This document shows positions 24,243 through 35,200 of a stretch of 64,000 nt of DNA, one piece after another. Numbering within the stretch: position 1 is the stretch's first letter; each line of letters opens with the position of its first letter. The notes beneath the pieces were generated by a model. That model worked only from the letters and a program-made list of their open reading frames with translations. It ran no database searches and was not told the origin of the DNA. This stretch comes from Macrostomum lignano (lineage: Eukaryota). The stretch spans positions 1-64,000 of the forward strand of contig NIVC01001614.1 in NCBI GenBank assembly GCA_002269645.1. The letters run 5' to 3'. The translations under genes and the position numbers were made by a program.

Positions 24243-25513
24243 CTAGTTAGTCAGTTAGCTAGTTAGTTAGTTAGTTAGTTAGTTAGCTAGTTAGTCAGTT
24301 GGTTAGTTAGTTAGTTAGTTAGCTAGTTAGTCAGTTGGTTAGTTAGTTAGTTAGTTAGTTAGACAGTCAGTTAGTTAGTTAGTCAGTCAGCTATTCAGTT
24401 AGACAGTCAGTTAGTTAGTTAGTCAGTCAGCTATTCAGTTAGTTAGTTAGTTAGTTATTTAGCATTAGCTATTTATCAGTTAGAGTTAGTAAGTTATTTG
24501 TTTAGTTAGTTAGCTCGATAGCTATTGGAAGTTTATTAGTACTTCCGTTAGATATAGTCCTAACGGAATTCCCCGTACTGTAGTTTCCAGGGCAACTGAT
24601 CTACTTCGAATTGATCATTTTAATAAAAAGAACCCTTAGGATAATATTTCTTCTACATGACTTCGCTATTAGGATAGCACTTGTAGATTCTTAAAAACCA
24701 AATCCTAAGATAAAGCGTTTCCCATAATCCCATTGATTTCATTGCGCAGCCGCTAATCGCCTATTGAAACCGGTGGATCAAGGCGGCCTGATGCCTCCAG
24801 AGAACCTGAACTTGCTGCTGGCTCTGTGCCGCTATATGCGCCGTCAAGTGGACTCTGGTTTAGAGACTGTGGACTCCTTATCCGGTCAGTTTGCTGCTAG
24901 TCTGTTCTCAGCTCGAATAGACACTACTAGTTGCTATGACAACGATACAGATACTACGGACAAAGCCGGTGGAAACTTCATCACTCGTACCATTCGCAGT
25001 AGAACAAATCGTACTCGATCGGCGTCCTGTTTTGATGCAACAATTTTAGTCAAAGCTGCGGAAGAAATTGCTAACGATTCGACAGTTTTAGCCAATTTGA
25101 TTGAACGATTTGACCAAGTGTTTGCTGGATTATGTATGACTAAGATTCTGTCGCCGTTGTTGGAGACTAAGCGGGATTCTGTTGCTACGCTGAGTTCCCC
25201 GCCTGTTGATGTCTCAGCTGCGACAGTGCTGCTATTGAGACTGCTGGCTAAACGGGAGTCTGAAGTTACACATCTAGAGAGAGAATTGAAATCAACAAAA
25301 TTATTGTTAGATTCGAGGCATTGCGCAGAAGGACAGCATGAGATTGATAAAGACACTTTGATGACAGCATCGGCTGAAGGTTGCGACGATTGCCAGCCGA
25401 TGAGGGAGTTCAGCTCCATCCTCAACTCTCGCTTGGATGCCATGATGGAGGAGTTTGATGCTTTAGCGACTAGGAATTTGGTATTAGTGTCCTGTTTGGC
25501 TAATAAGTTCTGA
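22103..25513 (+). CDS. PH-RhoGAP-coiled-coil protein (ARHGAP22/24/25-like); terminal exon uncertain
   Basis: Exons 22103-22418, 23279-23836 and 24750-25480 with matching phases. PH motif EGWIQVQGFLGQRWSNRYAQL; RhoGAP motifs FGQPL, LLRLYLAELPEPVVP and PPENLNLL; a C-terminal coiled coil. The stop is either by read-through (25513) or in a small downstream exon. Confidence 0.82.
22497..23190. repeat. 28-bp minisatellite (CCTCCCAGATCCTCAGTTGCTGGGCCAG), interrupted by a MITE
   Basis: Read directly; lies in RhoGAP intron 1. Confidence 0.95.
22730..23023 (+). mobile_element. hAT-type MITE, 294 bp
   Basis: TIRs CATACATGCGCAAC / GTTGCGCATGTGTG; 8-bp TSD CTCCCAGA (22722-22729, 23024-23031). A reverse-oriented homolog lies at 61698-61993. 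Confidence 0.9.
23908..24515. repeat. (TTAG)n microsatellite
   Basis: Read directly; lies in RhoGAP intron 2. Confidence 0.97.
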
Positions 25514-25589
25514 CTCTTCTGCTGATTTGTTGCTGGCTCCAAATTTCAGTTCAGGTTCCGCTGACACTATATTGTGCTGTATAGTGTCA

Positions 25590-25893
25590 GGCAGACAGAA
25601 GGACAGACGGAAAGACAGGCAGACGGGTAGAGAGACAGACCGACACTAAGGAGACAGACAGACACTAAGACAGACAGACAGATACTAAGACAGACATATA
25701 GACAGACAGACAGACAGACAGGCGGACAGACAGATACTAAGACAGACAGATAGACAGACACTAAGACAGACAGACAGATACTAAGACAGACAGATAGACA
25801 GACAGACAGACAGACAGGCGGACAGACAGATACTAAGACAGACATAGACAGACACTAAGACAGACACTAAGACAGACACTAAGGCAGACCTTA

Positions 25894-25940
<47 letters not shown>

Positions 25941-26045
25941 GGTCTGTCTTAGTATCTGTCTTAGTATCTGTCTTAGTATCTGTCTTGGTGTCTGTCTGTC
26001 TGTCTTAGTGTCTGTCTAAGACAGACAGACAGACACTAAGACAGA
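25590..26045. repeat. Degenerate (CAGA)n/CTAAGACAGA array containing an inverted segment
   Basis: The strand switches to (TCTG)n at about 25890 and back at about 26015. Confidence 0.9.
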
Positions 26046-26855
26046 TGAACACGCAAAGTCGGGCAGACTTAGAGTTTGATAATTTGTTCTTTACAATGTT
26101 TTTTGCGCTACAAATCGGTCATTGGGCTGGTGCGAATTCATATTATCCGCAATATTGTCGTTTGTCGCTAATAAATTTGTGGTCTGTAAAGTTTTTTACA
26201 CTACATATCGGTCGAGAGGGATAAATGTGATTTTTCATATATGACACTGAAATTGACTGAATCGATGAACGAATTAGTGCTTTAATGTATTTTATCGTTG
26301 CATATCGGTAGGTGCTTCCCTTTTTTCGACGCCGTTTTTTAATCAATTTTTTGTATGTAAGTTACACGTCATTAGCTTCCATGACAACGAATCAACATAT
26401 CGAGTTTATTTCATTGTTTTCGCTTCTGTGCTGTTAATTTTTGTGCAATTGTTTTTTTACTAAAAAGGCAATGTTTTTAAAAAAAAGTATTTATCAAATT
26501 TTTACTAAATTTAACATTCCCTCTTGACTTTGGATTTTCCAAGATCAATCAGAAATATACTCATTCACGTTCCATTTATTAAAGATTTTTGCCTTTTCTG
26601 CTTTGTTTTTTAATAGAATACTACTTATAGTAGATAAAGTTTGATTTTATTTAAAAAATAAATCGATTAGTCATTAATTTAACCTTGAATGCTACCTAAG
26701 GTAGTATTATTCTACTTGAATATCTCGTCTTGTACCCCTACCATTCCTGCCATGAGTTGACACAAAAGAGCCATATTAAGTATCGAGTTGTACTTTTCAT
26801 CTCTGGTACAGAATATTCCAATTCAATTCGAAAGAGTAAAGTGAAATCTTAACTC

Positions 26856-28908
26856 ATGGACAGTTCGACAGAGCAGCGGTTGAGAGTGGAGTTTCCTCAC
26901 GCCAGCCCAGATCTGATTCGCAATCTGTTGCAGGTGATTACTGTAAAAATTTACTTTGCCTTTCGTTAACTATTGAGATAATTAAGGTGGTAGGTGTGTT
27001 TGTATGCTTAGATTTGATAATTTAGGCGCCCGAGATTAGCTAGTATCGGCTTGCTTTTTATGAGGCGTTAGGGTCACTTTAGAGTGTCCGAATTTGAATT
27101 GTTCTAGACTGTATCGCTTTAAGGTGTCCGAGATTGTATTGCTTTGCGTTGTCTGAGATTGTTTTGCTTTGGAGTGTCCGCGATTGTATCGCTTTGGAGT
27201 GTCCGCGATTGTATCGCTTTGGAGTGTCCGAGATCCGTGAAAAGGTGACCGAGATTGTATTGCTTTGCGTTGTCTGAGATTGTTTTGCTTTGGAGTGTCC
27301 GCGATTGTATCGCTTTGGAGTGTCCGAGATCCGTGAAAAGGTGACCGAGCTTTGGACACGGCTTTTGGGTGCCCGAGATTATGCCACTATAATCGGTGTC
27401 CGAGATTATGTCACTATAATTAGTGTCCGAGATTATGCCACTATAATTGGTGTCCGAGATTATGTCACTATAATTAGTGTCCGAGATTGTGTCACTATAA
27501 TTGGTGTCCGAGATTATGTCACTATAATTGGTGTCCGAGATTATGTCACTATAATTAGTGTCCGAGATTGTGTCACTATAATTGGTGTCCGAGATTATAT
27601 CACTATAATTGGTGTCCGAGATTATGTCACTATAATTGGTGTCCGAGATTATGTCACTATAATTGGTGTCCGAGATTATGTCACTATAATTGGTGTCCGA
27701 GATTAGTCACTATAATTGGTGTCCGAGATTATGTCACTATAATTGGTGTCCGAGATTATGTCACTATAATTAGTGTCCGAGATTATGTCACTTTAATCCC
27801 CATATAAGACTAGTTGTAAATAAAATCTGAGCACAATACTACGAGTATAAGTACACCAAAGCTCTGCCCCTACTAAAGATCCTATCTTTACTACTCAAAC
27901 TGGCAGAGCGGCATCGGTCTTGAAGCCTGTCGAGTCGCTTTACGCATTCCGAATGGCGGCGGAGGCGGCGGCGGCGGCATGCCTCGGTGGCCTCCAAGCA
28001 GTCAGCCAAATTTATTGAGCCAAAGCGGAGACCGAGGCAGCGGCGACGGTCTTCTCAGTTTAGACACAGAAAATTTGCCACACGATACGGAAATGCAGCG
28101 CTATTTGCAGCCTCACAGCCCGTTAACTAGTAACAGTAGTTCTCCTCTGAGACCTGTGCCTCCTCACCAGCCGCCTCCGCCGACTTCGTCTCATTCTGCT
28201 AGGTCGCCTGCGCCTTCTTTTGCTGCCTGCCCAACATCCCCGGAGACTGCGCATTGTGAGTTTAGTAGTGAGAACTACTTAAATTCCCAGATCCTCAGGC
28301 TGAGCAACTACTTAATTCCCAGATCCTCAGACTGAGCAACTACTTGATTCCCAGATCCTCAGACTGAGCAACTACTTAATTCCCAGCATTCTCCCACATT
28401 GTCCCTGTTTTCAGTGAGCCTCCAACAAAAGCGGCTTCATCATCTGCAGTGCCAGCGCCGGACATCCGGTCAGCAGCTGGCCAAGCTGCAGTTGGATCTA
28501 TCCAACATGCGCGACCTGCTCCAAGCGCTGCAGACCTGCCATCGGAATCGGGACAGGCACGCCGCCGGCATCAACAGCGACTGCTGCTTCGACGTTCTGG
28601 TCAACGAACTGCGCTACGAGCTGCGTCGTTCGTGTCCGCCGCCGCCCAGTCTTCATCCTGCGACCTCTGCAGCCCAGCAGCAACAGCCGCCTCCCCTGCC
28701 TCCTCCACGACTCCAGCAGCAGCCGTCGTTGACTTCCCTCTCGTCAGTGTCATCGAATGCCTCTTCAAATGCTGCCGGGAATTCGCCCGCTACCAGCGAG
28801 CGGCTGCAGCATCAGCATCAGCACCGGTACCTGCACCAGGTGTCCAGCCCGGCTGGGCCTCAGCACCGCACCAGACAGCAACCGGGTGAGACAGACAGAC
28901 AGACATAG

Positions 28909-28947
<39 letters not shown>

Positions 28948-29570
28948 TAGACAGACAGAAAGACAGACAGACAGACAGACAGACAGATAGACACAGACAG
29001 ACAGACAGACAGGCAGAGAGACAGACAGACAGGCAGACAGACAGACAGACAGAGAGACAGACAGACAGACAGACAGGCAGAGAGACAGAGAGACAGACAG
29101 ACAGGCAGACAGACAGACAGGCAGAGAGACAGACAGACAGGCAGACAGACAGACAGACAGAGAGACAGACAGACAGACAGGCAGACAGGCAGACAGACAC
29201 CAGTTTATTCAACAAAACTCCACACGTTGCCGCTGCACCCGCAGCCGACATGGCTCGCTCGGCTCCGCAGACCCCGGTGGTGCCGTCGCAACACCCGCTG
29301 CAGGTCAGGCAGCACCAGTCCATAGCCGAGGACGATTCCGCAGCCGCCGGTGCAGGCGCCGCCTCTACTTGGCAATGCCACAAGTGCACATTCGAAAATC
29401 ATCCGGATTTGAAAGAGTGCGAAATGTGCAACACGCCAAAGGCGCCGGCCTTCGTTGGCGGTCATCCGTTCTGTATCGGCGACGGTTGCGTCTGCCGATC
29501 CGGTGCCGACAGTGGCGACGGCTCCAGTCAGCAGCAGGGGCAGCAGCGAGTTGGAGAGCAGCCGCTCTAG
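26856..29570 (+). CDS. TAB2: TAK1-binding protein 2/3 homolog (CUE - Pro/Ser-rich - coiled coil - NZF zinc finger)
   Basis: Exons 26856-26933, 27907-28255, 28415-28885 and 29245-29570, phases consistent. CUE-like [33 protein letters not shown]; coiled coil [20 protein letters not shown]; [27 protein letters not shown]. Confidence 0.85.
27085..27795. repeat. Composite minisatellite: degenerate GTGTCCG(A/C)GATTG units grading into a 27-bp unit (GGTGTCCGAGATTATGTCACTATAATT), about 16 copies
   Basis: Period 27 (27541, 27568); lies in TAB2 intron 1. Confidence 0.93.
28282..28385. repeat. 32-bp tandem repeat, about 3 copies (CCCAGATCCTCAGACTGAGCAACTACTTAATT)
   Basis: Fills most of TAB2 intron 2 (28256-28414). 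Confidence 0.9.
28888..29198. repeat. (CAGA)n microsatellite
   Basis: Begins immediately after the donor GTGAGA of TAB2 intron 3. Confidence 0.97.
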
Positions 29571-29634
29571 GCTCCTTGTTGAGTTCTGCTTGATGACCAA
29601 TAATTCCTGGTGACTTATGGTGGGTCGAGCTTGT

Positions 29635-30200
29635 CTTTGGAGTGACCCGTGGATCGAGCTTATCCTTGGAGTGACCCATCTGGAGCTTATCCTTGGAGTG
29701 ACCCCCCATCTGGAGCTTATCCTTGGAGTGACCCATCTGGAGCTTATCCTTGGAGTGACCCATCTGGAGCTTATCCTTGGAGTGACCCATCTGGAGCTTA
29801 TCATTAGAGTGACCCATCTGGAGCTTATCCTTGGAGTGACCCATCTGGAGCTTATAGTTGGAGTGACCCATCTAAAGCTTATCCTTGGAGTGACCCATCT
29901 GGGGCTTGTCCTTGGAGTGACCCATCTGGGGCTTATCCTTGGAGTGACCCATCTGGGGCTTATCCTTGGAGTGACCCATCTGGAGCTTATCCTTGGAGTG
30001 ACCCATCTGGAGCTTATCCTTTGGAAAGACCCGTGGGTCCAGCTTATCCTTGGAGTGACCCATCTGGAGCTTATACTTGAAATGACCAGTGGGTCCAGCT
30101 TATCCTTGGAGTGACCCATCTGGGGCTTATCCTTGGAGTGACCCATCTGGGGCTCATCCTTGGAGTGACCCGTGGGTCCAGCTCATCCTTGAAGTGATCC
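29635..30200. repeat. 27-bp minisatellite (GGAGTGACCCATCTGGAGCTTATCCTT), about 20 copies
   Basis: Read directly; just 3' of the TAB2 stop codon. Confidence 0.95.
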
Positions 30201-32265
30201 CCAAGTCGAGCTACGCCCATGTGAACCTTGGGTGACCTCCAGATGCCTTAATTTATTTTCATAATATTAACTTAGTAAGTTTGTATTTCTTCAAATTTGA
30301 ATGATTAATTCACTAATAATTATTTGTCTATGTTGCCGTATCTACGAGCGTATTTTAATAGCTGAAATTAATTCGTAAGGAATTATTATCTATTCACTTG
30401 TTTTCGGTGCAAATGACATTGTTATTTTGTGTGCTTTATATAATCAGTGTTTTCTAAGCGCTTTCTATTGCTAATTTGTTACGTCTGATTAATATGTGTA
30501 CTATACTATTGTTGTGATTCCTTGTGTTTCATTTTCTACTTGTATAATAAATCATATGATTGATTTATTACCTTAGTAAATTATATAATATTATTGACAA
30601 TTTCTTTCTTTAAGCAATCAAGTTATTTTTTTCAAAAAAATTAGTTGTTATATGATTATATCATCGTCAAATAGTGAAATTAATAAACATTTTTGTACAT
30701 TCTATATACTAAAAATAAGTTGTCTCTATCTTTTTATAGTTCACTATAAATAGGTCTGAAAGTAGTATAGCACAGGCTCGTATGTATCGTTAGTATGCAA
30801 TTTCTATTTTATCCGCGTTTTCCCAGCCTTCCCGCGTGAATCATTTTTCGTCTATTAATTCTAATTAATAATGCATCGAGATTAATCAGTATTTGTTACA
30901 TAAATAATCACAAATATCAAATTTTATTAGAATTATATTTGTGAACTTTTATCGAAGCTCTCGACTCTTCTCATAGATTATGTTTAACTTTAAGGCTTTG
31001 GCACAAAATAAATAATCTGTTTTGCTAGCACATATAATATTCTACATTGGCAATACCAATCTCATATTGGCTCTCCCAATCCCTTGTTTTAAGCAATCGG
31101 TTTAGTATCCCCAATTAATTGGCTATTTTTTGCTTCATTTTTATTAACTAACAGAATTGCCAAGTGTCTTGCTTTTCGGTTTCTTCCGCTTCTGCTCAAG
31201 AAGAAATAACCAAATAGTTGTTTATTATCATCTGGCGACTGTTCCCGATCTCACTGTCCGTCTCAGTGATATTGAAGAAGTAGCTAATTCTGCTCTGTAC
31301 GATCATATTAAACGAAGTTCTTGAAGATTACAATCGTGATATAAATGCTTGTAATTAACTATGCAAAATTTAATTGCATAAATGTAATTGTGTCTATTGT
31401 TTCTCGTACATGTGTAAATTATACTGAATAAAAACTCTACTCTTCCATTTACTTAAATGTTTATCTATCATTAACGCCTGAATTATTTTATATGAAGCAC
31501 TACATCGTACATAAACAGTTTTATATACAGTGCGAATTCGGCATTTAAATTATAATTTAACTAATTATAATTAAATGTGTATGTGTTTTTGGAATTTAGT
31601 TGGCTGCATATTCTATCTAATGCATTTCAGTTTTACCTTAAGAAACAATCTAGCAATCAGATGCAATATACGAGCGTATTTCTTGTTCTCAAGCAGAAAT
31701 TTAGAACCGGAATATTTCGTGCTGGTTAACATAACATGGTTGGCTCACACCGAATACTCATCTCATTAAAGGTCAGCTCCAGTATCAAAAAAAAAAATAA
31801 TTTCTTCAGTTTTAATTTTGTTGTTATACCTTATATTTTTCTAATGCTTTTTGTGGTAAAAATCTCGATGAGCTGGAGACGAAAAATTAATAAAACTCTT
31901 GTGCAGCAGTTTTTTCGATTTTTTTCTTAAGATATATATTTAACCATATTAGAACTTAAAAAATAACTTAATGTTTCAATTAAAGTTACTAGAGATACTT
32001 AAATAAAATTAATCGCACGCTCTGTTGCAATGTAAGGTGTTTTTTGTTTCACTTTACACTGAGTGACTTCGCGCAACTTTAAATTTCCACCCATTGCATG
32101 CACGCTGTTAATATGATCGGCGCGCCGTATGTCTACAAAATCATAGCAAGCCCGCCAGCCCAGCAGTATCTGTTCGTATTGTAAAACGCTACTTCTTATA
32201 CAATTTTGAAATACTTTATTGATTTTACATAAATCAATTTTGTTAGAGGTCGCAGTAAAGTTATT

Positions 32266-35200
32266 ATGGCTTCATCAGCAGTTTGCATTGTTGTTGTTGG
32301 GCCATGCAGTAATCTTAATTCTGAGGATGCAAATCATTTTTTAAAGATGTTAACTGCGGGTAAGTACGAACTGAATAATAGGTTGCTTTTTATTCATGTT
32401 GAATGCTTGCTTATGCTTAGCTAAAGGCAGTAGGCTTGTAATCAATTGAAGTCATAAAATGATTTTGCTTTGGCTTTAATTAGGATTTAAATGCCTTTGG
32501 CTTTAATCTGGTTTTAAATTGGCCCTTTCTTTGATCTTTATTCTAAGCCAACATTATCAAGTAAATCTTTGTGTCATTGTTTTTTTCTATTCTTAAAGCA
32601 GTTTTAATAAATTATTTTTAATCACAGCCAATGTCTATACATGACTAGGTCTATAGATATCTTCAGCCTATGAAGTATGAAATATTTGACATATCATCTA
32701 GTTAATATATTCATGGTATTATAATAAATAGTTAAGCTTAGAAAATTACCTTTTTTGCTTTCAAAATTCGAGTTGCTTTACTAATTCATGTTTAGGTTAT
32801 AATTTCCAATATGTTATATATAATATTTTTAAACTTTGATTAGACCTAGTATTAAATTTGTTATTTGTAAATATAACTGTTAGAAAAATACAAACAATAA
32901 TAAAAAATGGTAGGCCTATTCCAGTTATTAATAAGTCAATTTTGTTATTGTTTCTCTTTTTTTATCAGCAGAGTTGGTTTCTATAGCTTATATAATTTTA
33001 TTAATACTTTTAAACTATTGTTTCTTTCAATTTTTTTCTAAAAACTAGGCTAGGCTTATTTTAAAAAACTTAATCTTTTTTTATTTTTTTTGAATCATGT
33101 TACTTAGTATACTTGAAGTCTCTATATAAGCCAATATGAGTTTCATTTATGATTTAAAAAAAATTATTTATTAAATTGCTTAACTTTCTTATAAATATTA
33201 TTTATCATTTACAGGTATAAAATCTTGGGACTATTTGGCCAATGCCAATGCCAATACTCAGCTTCATCAACTTTTGGCTGGCAATCCTAGTGAACAGATG
33301 TGCAACAAATCTGGTAAGTATCTTGTTTGGGCATAAGATTGTTGATTTCTAATGTAATAATGTATGATGCATATGCCAGAAAATAGTAATGCAGTAAAAT
33401 TCTAACTGGACTCCCTCACTATAGTTCAATGTGCATGCAAGTGACTCATTTGCATAATTAGAATTGGAATGTCTGGCTAGGAGGGTGGGGCAGTGCTGGC
33501 CATCTAAAGCTGTGTATCCTCTTGCATTCCCCACCCTGTCTGCCTATCTCCTGTGTTGTCTGCAGTCCTGCTATGGCCAGAGGAAGGAAATTGAGTTTTG
33601 GTTGGCTCTTCTGCCCCCCCCCCCTTGTGTGTCTAAATTTGGTTACTGGCGTGTGACGCCCAGGATTGGCTGGGAGGGGGGGGTTGGTCGGGGCTGTGCT
33701 GTGTATACAGCAAGAGAAGGAGTCGAACAGGCAGGCAATGGTATAATGCCGCTGCTGATGCTTATACTGGGCCATGCCTGTATAATATGCTACTAGGGAT
33801 AGAATCTCAAGGCGGGAAAGGGGAGGGGGATGGGGAAGAAAAAAATTTGGGCGGCGGTCCGGTCGGGGGGTTTGTGTTCGGCTTTGCATTAGGCGGCGTT
33901 GGGGGGCAGGGCAAGGAGGGGAGAATTAAGTAAGGACGGAGCAAGACTAACGCTCTTCAAAGCGACCCCCCAGGCCCTAGTTCATCTCTCTCTTCCCCCT
34001 CGTTGCAGTCGCAGCTTTTAAGCTTAACCGAGGAGAACTAGAGACTAGAGCTTGGAGTGACAACTATTTTCCAAAGCATTACAAAAACTTGCTATTTCCA
34101 GTCAACTGTCGGCTTATTGGCACTTCTTGGTTGGGACACCTGTCTCTTGGGTGGGCACTCCCTGTCTTTAGGTTGGCACACCTGTCTCTTAGGTGGGCAC
34201 CCCGTCTTTAGGTTGGCGCCCTTGTATCTTAGGTGGGCACCCCCCGTCTTTTATACCAATATATACCAATTTTTACCATGCTTGTACACAGAGAATCGTG
34301 TAAGTTAAACTGAAAACAAAACTACAGTTAATACAGTCTTAATAAGTTGTTTGAAAATGAAGAGTTAGGGTAATTAAGGGGTTACTCCATGTTGTAGTTT
34401 CGGGCCTCCATGGCCTAAGCTAAGCCAAACCGTTCATTCTTTACCCATGATTCATTGCGCCCCGCGCTTACCGAAATCCCCAAAACAGTCAGTCAGCTGG
34501 CTTTTTCAAAAAAGGAAGAAAATATTTGCGCGCATTTCTCTTTCCTTTTATGCTTTCACGTGGCGTGGCCTTTTCCCTTTTTGCCTGTAGTCTTCCAGGC
34601 GGAGAAAGTTAAAATTATGAACGCAAGTTTTAGCCTGGTGAAAAGAGTTTTTAAGCTTAGATACTCAATGCCTGTCAATTCGTTCGGAATCTGCGAGGCT
34701 CAATAGCTCATACTATGAGTTACATTATTTTTGTAAACTAACAAAGTCTCATTTGCGCTTTATTGATCTGGAGACTAACGACTCAATTGAAGAGCACAAT
34801 AATTAACTAACTCGATGATTTGACGATTCAATGACTCAATAGTTCAGTGACTCAACGATTCAATGACTCAATGATTTAATGACTCAATGATTCAATAACT
34901 CAATGATTCAATAACTCAATGATTCAATAACTCAATGATTCAATAACTCAATGATTTAGGGACTCAATGGTTCAATAAGCCAATGACTCAGTTATTCAGT
35001 GACTCAGTGACTCCGATTAATGAATTACTTAACGATTCAAATATTTAAAGACTCAAAGTATCCATGGGATAATGACTCAATTATTCAATTCGATATTCTA
35101 GGAAAAACGTCAATTACTAAGACTCAAGCTTTGGGGGCCGTAGCCCAGTGGTCTATCATGTGCTAGCGGTCCAGGCTCGATTCCAGTGCAGTCACAAATT

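Noticed and set aside
28790-30146. Antisense ORFs over TAB2, including a Cys-rich [18 protein letters not shown]
   Set aside because: These are shadows of the TAB2 NZF exon plus microsatellite and minisatellite translation, with no independent signal.
33440-34320. GC-rich and G-run segment with short ORFs in MAP1 intron 2
   Set aside because: No recognisable domain, splice-consistent frame, TIR or TSD could be established.
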